Under the pieces are notes generated by a model. It saw only the letters and a list, made by a program, of their open reading frames with translations, made no database searches and was not told the origin of the DNA. Made by a program: the position numbers and the translations under genes. Of a stretch of 64,000 bases of DNA, positions 43,091-53,947 are shown piece by piece (position 1 is the stretch's first letter; each line of letters opens with the position of its first letter). This stretch comes from an uncultured Thermoleophilia bacterium. GTDB taxonomy: Bacteria; Actinomycetota; Thermoleophilia; UBA2241. Location of the stretch: positions 313,709 to 377,708 of the forward strand of contig CAVPCT010000006.1 in the NCBI GenBank assembly GCA_963702475.1, read 5' to 3'.

Positions 43091-44407
43091 GTGAGTGATG
43101 TGCTGAGCATCCTCGCCGCGCTCGCTCTCGTGGCCCTCAATGCCTTCTTCGTCGCCACCGAGTTCGCCATCACCCGTGTGCGCCTCAGCCAGGTCGTCGA
43201 ACTGGAGAAGCAGGGTCGCCCCGGTGCGAAGGCGGCGCGGCACGCCGTCGAACAGATCGACGCCTACCTCGCCGCCTGTCAGCTGGGCATCACCATCGCG
43301 AGCATCGGGCTCGGCGCCCTGGCGGAGCCAGCCTTCGAACACCTGCTGGAGCCGCTGGTCGGCGCTTTCGCGCCCGGCATCGCGGTCGGGCTGAGCCTCA
43401 TCCTGGCACTGGCGATCGTCACCATGCTGCACGTCGTGCTCGGCGAGCTCGCGCCGAAATCGCTCGCCATCGCGCGCACGACGAAGACCGTGCTGTGGGT
43501 CGCACGGCCGATGCGCGCCTTCTACCTGGTCACCAAGCCGGTCGTGGACGTCTTCAACTGGCTCGGCAACCTGGTGCTCAAGCCGTTCGGCATCCCCCCG
43601 GCGCGCGAGGTCGGCCACACGCCGCACAGCGAGGACGAGCTGCGCATGCTGCTCGAGCAGAGCGTGAAGGGAGGCCTGATCCAGTCGTACGAGCGCGAGT
43701 TCGCGGAGAACGTCCTGGTGTTCGGCGACCTGCGCGCGCGCCAGGTCATGGTCCCGCGCTCCGAGATCGACTACCTCCTCGTCGGCGAGTCGGTCGAGGA
43801 AGCCGTGCGGCGCGCGAGCGACAGCCTGCACACGCGCCTGCCGCTCTGCGAGGCCGAGGACGGCCTGGACGGCACCGTCGGCGTCGTCAACTTCAAGGAG
43901 CTGCTGCGCCTCGCGCTGGACGGTGAGGTCGCCGACCTCACCGACCTGGCGCGCCCCCTCACGCGCGTCTCCGAATCGACGCTCGTCGACCAGGTGCTGC
44001 GCGAGCTGCGCCGGCGCCGGCAGCACATGGCGCTGGTCGTGGACGAGTTCGGTACGACCGTGGGTCTCGTCACGCTGGAGGACATCCTCGAGGAGATCGT
44101 CGGCGAGTTCGAGGAGGAGGAGGACGGTGATCACGCCCCCGAGATCCGGCGCGAGGGCGAGACGCTCGTCTGCGCCGGCACCGCGCCGCTCGGTGAGGTC
44201 GAAGACGCCCTCGGCATCGACCTCGAGAACGCCGGCGAAGCGACGATCGGCGGCCACGTGATCGAGCTGCTCGGGCGCGTCCCGGAGGCCGGCGAGGTGG
44301 TCGATGTACAGGGTCTGGCGGTGTCGATCGACGCCGTCGATGAGGCCCGCATCGTCGAGCTGCGGTTCCTCCACGCTGGGCCGCGGGACAGGGACGCTAC
44401 GAACTGA
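43091..44407 (+). CDS. HlyC/CorC-family (CNNM + CBS) transporter
   Basis: NAFFVATEFA, QLGIT, GELAPKS, VMVPR, VVDEFG and LEDILEEIVGE. Confidence 0.94.
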   Translation: MSDVLSILAALALVALNAFFVATEFAITRVRLSQVVELEKQGRPGAKAARHAVEQIDAYLAACQLGITIASIGLGALAEPAFEHLLEPLVGAFAPGIAVGLSLILALAIVTMLHVVLGELAPKSLAIARTTKTVLWVARPMRAFYLVTKPVVDVFNWLGNLVLKPFGIPPAREVGHTPHSEDELRMLLEQSVKGGLIQSYEREFAENVLVFGDLRARQVMVPRSEIDYLLVGESVEEAVRRASDSLHTRLPLCEAEDGLDGTVGVVNFKELLRLALDGEVADLTDLARPLTRVSESTLVDQVLRELRRRRQHMALVVDEFGTTVGLVTLEDILEEIVGEFEEEEDGDHAPEIRREGETLVCAGTAPLGEVEDALGIDLENAGEATIGGHVIELLGRVPEAGEVVDVQGLAVSIDAVDEARIVELRFLHAGPRDRDATN

Positions 44408-44476
44408 CGCGCCTGCCCGGCGCCGGGGAGGCCCAGTCCTGCCGGGCGGGTGCTCCAGGTGCGGTGCACCCGCGAT

Positions 44477-45139
44477 TCACGGTCTGATGAGGTGGTCGCG
44501 CACGGCGATCGCGACCACCTCGGCGCGCCCGGAGGCGCCGAGCTTGGTGAGGATGCTGCTCACGTGGGTCTTCACGGTCGACAGGCTCAGCACCAGCCGG
44601 TCCGCTATCTCGGCGTTCGTGAGACCCTCGGCGAGCAGAGCCAGCACCTCCCGTTCGCGCTCCGACAGGAGCGCACCGGGAGGCGGCGGCGCCGTCATGG
44701 CCTGCATCAGGATCTCCGCGACCTCGGGCGCCAGCGTCGGAACGCCCACGTGCGTCTGCCTGATGGCCCTGGCGAGTTCCTCCGCGGAGACGTTCTTGAG
44801 CACGTACCCCGTCGCGCCGGCCCGGATGGCGCGCTCGATGAGTTCAGGGTCTGAGAAGCTGGTGAGGGCCAGGACCCTGGCGCGAGGGACGCGACGCAGG
44901 ATCTCCGCCGTGGCCTTGGCTCCGTCCATGCCCGGCAGCACCAGATCCATCAGTACGACATCCGGCTGCGTCTCATCACAGACGGCGATCGCGGCCTCTC
45001 CCGTGGCCGCTTGAGCGACGAGGACGAGATCCTCGTGGAGGCCCAGCGCCATCTCGATGCCGCTTCGCACCAGCTCGTGGTCGTCGACCACGACGACCCT
45101 GATCCTGGCCCGCTCCTGCTCCTCGACGACATCACCCAT
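44477..45139 (-). CDS. NarL/LuxR-family response regulator
   Basis: VVVDDH, DVVLMD and LSEREREVL..TVKTHVSSIL HTH. Confidence 0.95.
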   Translation of the reverse strand: MGDVVEEQERARIRVVVVDDHELVRSGIEMALGLHEDLVLVAQAATGEAAIAVCDETQPDVVLMDLVLPGMDGAKATAEILRRVPRARVLALTSFSDPELIERAIRAGATGYVLKNVSAEELARAIRQTHVGVPTLAPEVAEILMQAMTAPPPPGALLSEREREVLALLAEGLTNAEIADRLVLSLSTVKTHVSSILTKLGASGRAEVVAIAVRDHLIRP

Positions 45140-46655
45140 CGGCTGACCGGCCCCTCTGGTCGCTCGGCCACTCGAGCGTCACCACCGTACCACGGCCGGG
45201 GGCAGTCTCAATGGTGAAGTCGGCGCCCACGGACCCTGCGCGCTCGCGCATGCTGATGATGCCGAGCCGGTCGGGCGAGACCCTGGCCTGGTCGAATCCC
45301 TTGCCGTCGTCGGCGACGGTGAGGACGACAGCCTCGTCGCCGGTCAGCTCGACGCGCGCCGACGATGCCGCGGCGTGGCCCACGACGTTGTTGAGAGCCT
45401 CCTGGGCGACACGATAGAAGGTGACGTGGACCTCTTCCGGGAGCGGCCGCCGGCTGCCGACGCTGAGGTCCAGCGTGATGCGCGACCTGCTCTGTGCGGC
45501 CTCCACCAGGTGCCTGAGCAACTCGCCCAGCGGCACCCTGGCGAGTGCGTCGGGGCGCATCTCGAGGAGCATGGTGCGCATCTCCGCGAGCGCGCCGCGG
45601 GTGAGGCGCTGGAGATCCTCGAGCGCCTGCGCCAGGCGCGGCGTCGGCGCCACGCACGTCTCCGCCACGACGTCGGCTTTGAGGCTCGCTGCGAACAGGG
45701 ACTGCGTCACCGAGTCGTGCAACTCGCGAGCCAGCCTGCTGCGCTCTGCGGCGGCGGCTGCCCGTTCCACGCGCTCGCGCAGCCGGGCGTTCTCGACCGC
45801 GAGGGCGACCTGGTCGCCGAAGGTCGTGGCGATGCTGACGTCCTCGTCGTGATAGGCGTGCCGATCGCGGTCGCTGAAGACGAGCGCGCCGAACACCTCG
45901 TCGCGCACGACGAGGGGCACGGCGAGGCACGCTCCCTCGACAACGGCCTGCCGCCAGTCGACGGCCCGGCCGGCCGCACTGCGGAGCGTCTCGCCATCGT
46001 CCCTGTGCTCCTGGATCGGCGCCCCGGCGCAGGCCGCCGGCACGAGCGAGTCCCCTTCTTCCTCGAGCCGGTACACAGCGCAACGGTCGCTGCCCAGAAG
46101 CTGCAGGGCTTGTGAGGCGACGTGCGCGAGCAGGACGTCCGCTTCCGAAGGCTGGTCGAGGATCGCCGTCTCCTGCAGGGCGCGGAGCTGGGCGGTCAGC
46201 ACGTGGAGCCTCGACGTGGTGCGTCGCTCCGATTCGTAGAGGTGATCGAACCGGTTGTAGAGGTAGCCGAGGGCGAACAAGCCCGCGGCGGCGACGACGG
46301 CGAACCAGAGCAGCAGGATGTTCTGCGTGTTCACACGGTCCTGGATGATCATGACCAGGATCGCCAGCCCGAGTGAGAGCACTCCGACCACGGCCGCCGA
46401 GCGTCCCGGGAGCGCGAAGGCGGCCAGGAGGATCGGGGCCAGGTAGAACCCCGCGATGGCGTACCCGGGGATGACCATGTCGAGCGTGAAGCTCGCCGCG
46501 ATGCCGGCGACGGTCAGGGCGACGGCGAGCCTGGGAGATGCTCGCAGCCAGGAGATCCAGCGGACGGCGCGGGCGAAGAGGCGGTGGTCGTCATGCATCG
46601 GCCCGGGGCCGCCCACGGGCCCACGGCTGCCACGATCCTCGCCTGTCGCATGCAC
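45132..46655 (-). CDS. Membrane GAF sensor histidine kinase (HisKA_3)
   Basis: N-terminal TMs, GAF, ERSRLARELHDSVTQ, QEALNN and DDGKGF. The start is uncertain. Confidence 0.92.
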   Translation of the reverse strand: MHATGEDRGSRGPVGGPGPMHDDHRLFARAVRWISWLRASPRLAVALTVAGIAASFTLDMVIPGYAIAGFYLAPILLAAFALPGRSAAVVGVLSLGLAILVMIIQDRVNTQNILLLWFAVVAAAGLFALGYLYNRFDHLYESERRTTSRLHVLTAQLRALQETAILDQPSEADVLLAHVASQALQLLGSDRCAVYRLEEEGDSLVPAACAGAPIQEHRDDGETLRSAAGRAVDWRQAVVEGACLAVPLVVRDEVFGALVFSDRDRHAYHDEDVSIATTFGDQVALAVENARLRERVERAAAAAERSRLARELHDSVTQSLFAASLKADVVAETCVAPTPRLAQALEDLQRLTRGALAEMRTMLLEMRPDALARVPLGELLRHLVEAAQSRSRITLDLSVGSRRPLPEEVHVTFYRVAQEALNNVVGHAAASSARVELTGDEAVVLTVADDGKGFDQARVSPDRLGIISMRERAGSVGADFTIETAPGRGTVVTLEWPSDQRGRSADG

Positions 46656-46823
46656 TGAGCACCTCCGGGCGTCCCCCGAAGCCTACTTCCGCGCGGCGCC
46701 GGCGGCGAGTGCTGCATCCACCGGCGTTTGGGGGTACGGGCTCGGGGGGCCGACACAGAACGGGCCGCGAGCGGGCCGATCGCCCACTCGCGGCCCGGCA
46801 CAGGCCGTTCGAGTCGCGCCTCT

Positions 46824-47126
46824 TTACGACTCGCGGGTGTGGAAGTAGTCGCGCAGCCGGTCGCGGTCGCTGGTCGTGATCGCTTCCTTGACGTTGATGA
46901 TGGGAGCCATGTCCAGGTAGGACATCGTGAAGGGCACGATGACGGCGTCGCCCCGCTCCTCGATGACGTCGCTCGGGACTACGAGGCGTCGAGAGAACAC
47001 GCTGCCGATCACCAGGTACCTGGCCGACTCCCCGCTGTCGACCACGTCCTTGACCTTGCCGAGTTTGCTGCCCTCCTGCGAGAAGGCGGGAAGGCCCACG
47101 TAGTGCCGGTCTGCCACGGTCGTCAT
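46824..47126 (-). CDS. PRC-barrel protein, copy 2
   Basis: GLPAFSQEGSKLGKVKDV..RYLVIG..VVP pattern. Confidence 0.8.
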   Translation of the reverse strand: MTTVADRHYVGLPAFSQEGSKLGKVKDVVDSGESARYLVIGSVFSRRLVVPSDVIEERGDAVIVPFTMSYLDMAPIINVKEAITTSDRDRLRDYFHTRES

Positions 47127-47466
47127 GATCGACCCCCTGCGTCGACGTTCGCATCACCGTGTGACGGGCGGCGGTGTGCCGCGCCTGCAGTCTAGGAAAG
47201 GCGTGACAGGTCCGCATCGGCCGGGGGTACGGTTCTGCGGCTGGTCGGTCGACAGGCGACCGGCGGCCATCCGTCCGTCCAGTCGGCGCCGGCCCCGCAC
47301 ATGCGCGTCGCTCCGGGCGTCGTGCCGCGACATCGCCGACGAGCCCTGGTGCGCCGGCCAACAGGCCGGGATGCGCAGGGTGCTGCCGATGCGGGACGGC
47401 CGCGAGCGAGCGGGGGGTCTGTTGCCCGCTCGCGGCCCGCATGAGGCGTGCGGCTGCGGTGCCCCG

Positions 47467-47769
47467 CTACGACTCGCGGATGTGGTAGTAGTCCCGAAGT
47501 CTGTCGCAGTCGCAAGGCGAGATCGGCTTCAGGGAGTCGATCGGTGGGGCCATGTCCAGGTACGACCTCGTGAACGGCACGACGACGGTGTCGCCGCACT
47601 CCTCGACGACGTCGGTCGGGACGACCATGCCTCGGGAGAGGAAGGTGCCGATGACGAGGTACTTCGCCGACTCGCCGCTGAAGAGCCGGCCCTTGACCTT
47701 GCCGAGCTTGCTGCCGTCCTGGGAGAATGCGGGGAGACCCACGATGTGCCAGTCTGCCACGGTCATCAT
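47467..47769 (-). CDS. PRC-barrel protein, copy 1
   Basis: Same length (100 aa) and highly similar to 46824-47126. Confidence 0.8.
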   Translation of the reverse strand: MMTVADWHIVGLPAFSQDGSKLGKVKGRLFSGESAKYLVIGTFLSRGMVVPTDVVEECGDTVVVPFTRSYLDMAPPIDSLKPISPCDCDRLRDYYHIRES

Positions 47770-48036
47770 GACCGACCCCCTGCTTCGACGTCCGCACAGC
47801 GTACGACGCGGTGGTCCCGCGCGCCCGAGTCTAGTGCGGGTCTCGCGGGCCCGCATCGGCTGGCGGTACCGTCTTGAGACCGGTCCGTCGACGAGCGACC
47901 GGTGGGGCGACCATCGGCCGGCCGGCCGGCCGGCCGGCCCGATCATGCGCGCCGCGCATGATGGCGGACGGCGATCCCGCCGCCGAGCCGGGCGAAGCGC
48001 TGCGGCTCTGGCTTCAGTCCCAGCGACTGAGTCGCG

Positions 48037-50442
48037 TCAGCGGACGGTGACGACGGTCGTCGCCGGCTCCGCCTCGCTGTTGCCGGCGATGTCGGTGGCA
48101 TGCCAGGTGATGGTGAACGTGCCCCGCGCCGACGGCTGCCAGCCCACGTCCAGGTCCTGCCCGGTGGCGGCGAGCCCGGGGTGACCCGAGGAGATGCGAC
48201 GGCCCGACGCGTTCGTGACCACGAAGCTGACGTCGACGCGGTCGCTGAACGAATCGATCGCCTTGCAGGACAGGCGCACAGAGGTGCCGAGGGTCGTCGA
48301 CGTACCGCTCGTCGCATAGAGCCTCGGTGCTGTGAGGTCGACGACGAGGTCCTTGGCGATGCTGGTCCGGCCGAGAGCCGTCACCGCCTCCACCGTGACG
48401 ACCGGACGGCCACTCGCGACGGCGCCGCCGGAGCGAGCCCGGCCGTTCCAGGTCGCGGTGTGCTTGCCGGCCGTCAGTGTACCGAGCGAGAGCGTGCGCA
48501 CCACCTTGCCGTCCATCGCGATCCTCACGGTCACCGTCGCCTTGCGGGTGAGCTTGAATCCGAGCAGGGTGGCGTCCCGCACGGAGTCGCCGTTCGGCGA
48601 GAAGATGCCGGGCGCCGCCGTCGGGAACCCGAGTGAACGGTCCAGCACGATCTTGACCCCCTGGCGCGCCGTGTTGCCCGCCGCGTCCCGGCGTTCGATG
48701 CGGAAGCGGTAGTGGCCGCTGGCCGCCGCGTCCAGGTTGCCGCGCGAGACCACGCGGCCGTCCCACGTGACGGACTGTCGATCGGCCGCCCCTTCGCGCC
48801 AGCCGTGCAGCCAGCGCAGGACTTCGCCGTCCGCGTCGAGGACGGCTACGCGCACGCTGCACGCTTCGGCCGGGCGGTAGGTGACGGTGGCGGTCTCCTT
48901 CTGGCCGTCGCCGTTTGGGCTGAAGCTCGCGGGGGCCGCAGCCGCACTCGCGAGGCGAGGGGCGGAGGTGTCGACCGCGATCGTCGCGATGGCGCGCTCG
49001 GAGTCGCCCGCGAGGGTCGATGCCCTCAGCTCGGCGGTGTACTCGCCGTCCGGGACGACTCCCCCGCCGGAGGTCCCCTTCCACGTGACGGTCACCTTGG
49101 CGCCGTGCCCGCTCCAGTCGGCCACGCTCTTGCCCGCGGCGTCCCGGACCACCAGGCGCCAGTCTGCAGGGCCGCTCAGGGAACCGGCCAGATCGGCGCC
49201 GTCCATGACGCCGTCACCGTTGGGGCTGATGACCCCCGTGTCGGCCGTGAGCGTAGCGACGACCGGCGGGGCCATGCGCTCGGCCACGTGGGTCCTGACG
49301 GCGGGAAGGAGCGCATACAGCTGGTCGCCCGGGCACGCGGTGAAGTTGGCGTCGCGGTGGCCGGCGATGACCGGGAACGTGACCGTGTCCCCCTTCTCGT
49401 ACTTGTCGGTGAGCCCGCACGTGAGCTGAGCCCTGCCCTTGGGGTCCAGACCGGCGATGCCGAGTCTCCACGCGAGCAGGCGCTCCAACGCCGTCACCGC
49501 CACGGTGGGCGGCGCCTCGTCGGTGAACGTGCCGATCACTGAGACGCCGGTGCTGCCGGTGTTGAAGCCGCCCACCTGAGCGCCGATCACCCCGCTGGCC
49601 ATGCCGCCGTACCGGCCCTCGTAGATGGTGCCGAACCGGTCGATCAGGAAGTTGTAGCCGATGTCGCTCCAGCGGAGGCTCCTGGTGTGGTAGGCGTAGA
49701 TGGCGCGCACCAGTGCCGGAGCTTCGGCACGCGTGTAGGCGTTGCCGCTCGCCGTGTGGTGGACGAACGCCATCTTGATGGCCGCGTACGAGGGGGAGTC
49801 GGAACGCAGGCTCTCGTCGGCGCCCCACTCCGCTCGTGTGACGATGGCGGGCGCGGAACCCTCGCCGGCGTCCGCGCGGGCCGCAGACGCGCCGCGGCCG
49901 GAGAGCGCGAGGCCATCGCTCAGACCGGCGTCGTCCCCGGGGTCGATGGTGACGACGCTGACGCCCGAGAGCTCCACGGGAGTCCCCGCGCCACTCCGGG
50001 CCCGGACCTCCAGAAAGCGCGCCGGGCCGGTCCAGAGCGGATCCGTGTACGCCCGCTCACGACCGCCGTGGTCGGCGACCTGGAGCGGCGCGTCGAGCCA
50101 CCCGCTCCAGGCCGCGCCGTCGGCGCTCGTCCTGAGGCTGATGGTGACGCCGTCCGCGGCGGGGACGTCGCACATGAGACCGGCCGCGCGGAACCGCATG
50201 CCGGCGTCGAGGGTCGCGGCGACAGCTCGGTTCTCGGGTGCCGCGGAGCCGCGGGCTGGTGCGCCGGCGATCGCCAGCAGGCCGGCGCCGGGAACGCGCA
50301 GCGTCTTGACCTGCACCTGCGGGATCCCGTGCGGTGGCGCGGCGCCGGCGCCCGGCGGGAGTACTGAGGCGCACACGACCAGGCTCGCGGCCACGGCGGC
50401 CGCGAGCGCGAGCGCGTGCGCCCGGCAGCGGCGCGGCTTCAT
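48037..50442 (-). CDS. Secreted N-acetylmuramoyl-L-alanine amidase (Amidase_2/PGRP-like) with FlgD-Ig-like repeats
   Basis: TRAEWGADE, FVHHTA, WSDIGYNFLIDRFG..EGR and GHRD..TACPG, then three SPNGD Ig-like repeats. Confidence 0.9.
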   Translation of the reverse strand: MKPRRCRAHALALAAAVAASLVVCASVLPPGAGAAPPHGIPQVQVKTLRVPGAGLLAIAGAPARGSAAPENRAVAATLDAGMRFRAAGLMCDVPAADGVTISLRTSADGAAWSGWLDAPLQVADHGGRERAYTDPLWTGPARFLEVRARSGAGTPVELSGVSVVTIDPGDDAGLSDGLALSGRGASAARADAGEGSAPAIVTRAEWGADESLRSDSPSYAAIKMAFVHHTASGNAYTRAEAPALVRAIYAYHTRSLRWSDIGYNFLIDRFGTIYEGRYGGMASGVIGAQVGGFNTGSTGVSVIGTFTDEAPPTVAVTALERLLAWRLGIAGLDPKGRAQLTCGLTDKYEKGDTVTFPVIAGHRDANFTACPGDQLYALLPAVRTHVAERMAPPVVATLTADTGVISPNGDGVMDGADLAGSLSGPADWRLVVRDAAGKSVADWSGHGAKVTVTWKGTSGGGVVPDGEYTAELRASTLAGDSERAIATIAVDTSAPRLASAAAAPASFSPNGDGQKETATVTYRPAEACSVRVAVLDADGEVLRWLHGWREGAADRQSVTWDGRVVSRGNLDAAASGHYRFRIERRDAAGNTARQGVKIVLDRSLGFPTAAPGIFSPNGDSVRDATLLGFKLTRKATVTVRIAMDGKVVRTLSLGTLTAGKHTATWNGRARSGGAVASGRPVVTVEAVTALGRTSIAKDLVVDLTAPRLYATSGTSTTLGTSVRLSCKAIDSFSDRVDVSFVVTNASGRRISSGHPGLAATGQDLDVGWQPSARGTFTITWHATDIAGNSEAEPATTVVTVR

Positions 50443-50724
50443 CTTGGCGTCGCCTTGTTGACGGGCTCTCCCTCTGTCGACATCGCTGCGCTTGCCGTTC
50501 CAGGGGCGGGCGGCACCCGCGCGGCCCGGATCGGACTCTTTCTCTCTTAACGACGGGACCCCTCCGTCGCTTGACGGTGTCTCTCCTATGGGCACAGTCG
50601 ACAGCACCCGCACGAGGAGCGGGCTGAGGGCGAGGTGGAGGGACACCGCGCATCCCTTCCGCTAACATTGGAGCATCGAGCGGCACCTGCCGGGCGCAGC
50701 GCCGTGGCGAGCGAACCGACGTAC

Positions 50725-52155
50725 ATGAAGCGCATCGAAGACCAGCTCCGCCAGAGTCGCGAGGACCTCGACCGGGCCCAGGCTGTGGGGCAGGTCGGGA
50801 GCTGGCGTCTCGACGTGCGCGAGAACGTCCTCGCGTGGTCGGACGAGAACTACCGCATCTTCGGGTTGCCCATCGGCACCCCGCTGACCTACGAGACCTT
50901 CCTCTCCGTCGTGCACCAGGATGACCGCGCCTTCGTCGACGCCAAGTGGCAGGCTGGCCTGCGCGGCGAGCCCTACGACATCGAGCACCGCCTGCTCGTC
51001 GACGGGCGGGTCAAGTGGGTGCGCGAGAAGGCGTTCCTCGAGCACGACGAGGCGGGCGAGCTCCTCGGCGGCTTCGGTATCACCCAGGACGTCACCGAGC
51101 GCAGGCTCGCGGAGCAGGCCCTGCGCGAACGCGAGGAGCGTCTGCGCCTCGCGACCTCGGCGGGGAACCTCGGTGTGTTCGAGTGGGACGTACCGTCGGA
51201 CGCGGCGCAGTGGGAGAACGAGCGGATGTACGAGATCTTCGGGCGGACGCGTGAGGAGGGCACGCTGGGCCGTGAGGCGTTCTACGCGGAAGCGCTGGAG
51301 CCCGCCGACCGTGAGACGTTCGACCGCGCTCTGGAGGCGGCCATGCGGCCGGGCGCGTTGTTCAACGTGGCCTGCCGCATCCGCAGGCGGAACGACGGGC
51401 GGCAACGCTGGATCGAGTACTCCGGTCGCTTCGACCTCGCTCCCGGCGGGTCGGCGAAGCGGCTGGTCGGTGTCATCGCCGACGTCACCGAGCGCAGGGC
51501 CACCGAGGAGGCACTGCGCCAGAGCGAGGCGGAGCGGGCCGCCCAGCACGAGCGGGCCCGCCTGGCCCGTGACCTCCACGACTCGGTCAGTCAGGCCATC
51601 TTCGCCGCGACCATGAAGGCGGAGGCGCTCCTGCGGTCGAGTGACGCGCTTCCCACGCGCGACGCGGACACGCTGGAGCAGGTGCGGCGCCTGAGCCGCG
51701 GCGCCCTGGCGCAGATGCGCATGCTGCTCTGGGAGCTGCGCGGTGAGCCGCTCCACGAGATCCCGCTGCCGGAGCTGCTGGGCCACCTCGTGGAGGCCGC
51801 CGAGAGCCGCACCGGCGCCGGCATCGAGCTGCGCCTCGAGGTGGGCGGCGAGCTCTCTCCCGAGCTGCACGTCGCTCTGTACCGTATTGCGCAGGAAGCG
51901 CTGAACAACGTCGCCCGGCACGCCCAGGCCAAGCACGCGTGGGTCCGCGTGGCCGGCACGGGCTCGCGCGGTCGTCTGGTCGTGGGCGACGACGGGTGCG
52001 GCTTCGACAGGGGCGTCGTGAAGGCGGGGCACGTGGGCTTGAGCTCGATGCGCGAACGCGCCGCGGAGACGGGGGTCGACCTGAGCATCGAGACCGCGGT
52101 GGGACGCGGGACCGTGGTGACCGCGGAGTGGCGGGCGGGCGGACAGGAGAGGTAG
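50725..52155 (+). CDS. Cytoplasmic PAS-PAS histidine kinase (HisKA_3)
   Basis: Two PAS/PAC units ending in DVTERR, ERARLARDLHDSVSQ, QEALNN and DDGCGF. The start is uncertain (50635-50725). Confidence 0.9.
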   Translation: MKRIEDQLRQSREDLDRAQAVGQVGSWRLDVRENVLAWSDENYRIFGLPIGTPLTYETFLSVVHQDDRAFVDAKWQAGLRGEPYDIEHRLLVDGRVKWVREKAFLEHDEAGELLGGFGITQDVTERRLAEQALREREERLRLATSAGNLGVFEWDVPSDAAQWENERMYEIFGRTREEGTLGREAFYAEALEPADRETFDRALEAAMRPGALFNVACRIRRRNDGRQRWIEYSGRFDLAPGGSAKRLVGVIADVTERRATEEALRQSEAERAAQHERARLARDLHDSVSQAIFAATMKAEALLRSSDALPTRDADTLEQVRRLSRGALAQMRMLLWELRGEPLHEIPLPELLGHLVEAAESRTGAGIELRLEVGGELSPELHVALYRIAQEALNNVARHAQAKHAWVRVAGTGSRGRLVVGDDGCGFDRGVVKAGHVGLSSMRERAAETGVDLSIETAVGRGTVVTAEWRAGGQER

Positions 52156-52262
52156 GTGCGCTGTACCCGGGCACGGGCGCACCACCTCGGCGTGCGAGCT
52201 GGGCCGCGCTCAGCATATGATGGTGCGCCAATGCGCATCACGACACCCCCACAAGCACATCC

Positions 52263-53678
52263 GTGAGAATACGGCTGATCGAGCCAGGGCCCACGAGCCT
52301 GCACCTGTGGTCGTACTCGAGCTACCCCCGCCTCGGCCTGCCGATCATCGGCGCAGCCCTCAAGGCAGCCGGCCACGATGTGCTCATCTACTGCCCGCAA
52401 GTGGCCCCGATCGTCGTCGCCGACGTCTTCAGCGCGGATCTGGTCGGGATCTCGACGACGACGTCGACCGCTCCCGAGGGCTACAGGATCGCCGACGCAC
52501 TGCGCGCACGTGGAGTACCCACCGTCATCGGCGGCTCGCACGTCACCTTCATGCCGGAGGAGGGCCTCGAACACGCCGACTATGTGGCCCGCGGCGAGGG
52601 CGGCGACGAGCTCATCCTCGAGCTCATCGAGGTCCTTCAGGGCGGGCGCCTGCCCGAGACCGTCGCCGGCCTCTCCTTCCGGCGCGACGGCCGGACGGTG
52701 CACAACGAGCTGCGCGAGCACCGTCCGAACATGGACGAGTTGCCGGTGCCGGACCTCTCGCTGATCGCGGGCGTCGAGGCCATGAAGTCGACGCCGATCA
52801 TGACGAGCCTGGGCTGTCCCTTCGACTGCAACTTCTGCTCGGTCACGTCTATGTTCGGGCGCCGGTACCGCTACCGCAGCGCGGAGCACGTGATCGCGGA
52901 GCTCGAAGACAAGCGGCCGCGGCGCATCTTCTTCTACGACGACAACTTCGCGGCCGACAGGAGACGCCTCAAGACGTTGCTGGGCCTCATGATCGAGCGC
53001 GGTCTGGTCGTGCCCTGGTCGGCGCAGGTGCGCATCGATGTGGCGCGCGACCCCGAGCTCCTGACCCTCATGCGGCGCTCGGGCTGCGAGCGTCTCAGCC
53101 TCGGGCTGGAGTCCGTCAACCAGGCCACGCTCGACAGCTACAAGAAGGCGCAGAGCGTGGACGACATCGTGGCCGCCATCCGCACGATCCACGATCACGG
53201 CATCAAGGTCCACGGCATGTTCGTGGTGGGCGCCGACAGCGACACCGCGCAGACCGTGCAGGACACCGTGGACTTCGCCCTCGAACACGGCATCGACACC
53301 CTGATGCTGAACATCCTCACGCCCGGCCCGGGCACGGGTCAGTTCGATGAGATGAAGGCCGAGGGGCGCCTCTTCGACAAGCGCTGGGAGTTCTACGACG
53401 GACAGCACGTCGTGTTCACCCCGAACCAGATGTCACCTCGCGAGTTGCAGGCCGAGTGGCTGCGGGCCTACGCGCGCTTCTACTCATCGCGTCGCTGGAT
53501 CGGCGAGCTCCTCGCTCTGCGCCGCGGTGAGCCGCTCGTCCACACCTGGGGCTGGGTGTATGCGCGCCTGTGGCCCAGAGGCCGGGCCAACCGCGCCTAC
53601 ATGCGGGGTCTCGCCCAGTACACCGAGGCCATGGCCCCGGTCACGGGTCGCCCCGTCTCCAGGAGCAGGCGACCCTAG
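52263..53678 (+). CDS. B12-binding-domain radical SAM protein (paralogue 2)
   Basis: CPFDCNFC motif; colinear with and very similar to 8529-10019. Confidence 0.92.
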   Translation: MRIRLIEPGPTSLHLWSYSSYPRLGLPIIGAALKAAGHDVLIYCPQVAPIVVADVFSADLVGISTTTSTAPEGYRIADALRARGVPTVIGGSHVTFMPEEGLEHADYVARGEGGDELILELIEVLQGGRLPETVAGLSFRRDGRTVHNELREHRPNMDELPVPDLSLIAGVEAMKSTPIMTSLGCPFDCNFCSVTSMFGRRYRYRSAEHVIAELEDKRPRRIFFYDDNFAADRRRLKTLLGLMIERGLVVPWSAQVRIDVARDPELLTLMRRSGCERLSLGLESVNQATLDSYKKAQSVDDIVAAIRTIHDHGIKVHGMFVVGADSDTAQTVQDTVDFALEHGIDTLMLNILTPGPGTGQFDEMKAEGRLFDKRWEFYDGQHVVFTPNQMSPRELQAEWLRAYARFYSSRRWIGELLALRRGEPLVHTWGWVYARLWPRGRANRAYMRGLAQYTEAMAPVTGRPVSRSRRP

Positions 53679-53947
53679 GATCCGCACGCCGTGGGTAGCC
53701 GAGGATCCTCGGCCGGGCCTTGTGTCGCCCCCTGCGCACACGCCTCCGCGGTTGAGACACGGGGTGCCGGGGAAGGTTCAGTGTACGGGCTCAAGCCCGC
53801 CCCGATGACGTCGGTCGCCTCTCGTGACGCTGTCCCGGTCCCACCCCCATGAGACGGTCTCGCGGCACTGGCGGCATCATCGCATCCACCTGATGCTCCC
53901 CGGCCTTCGCCGCGCGCCCGTCGCAGTCACCCTCGAAGGAGGGGAAG

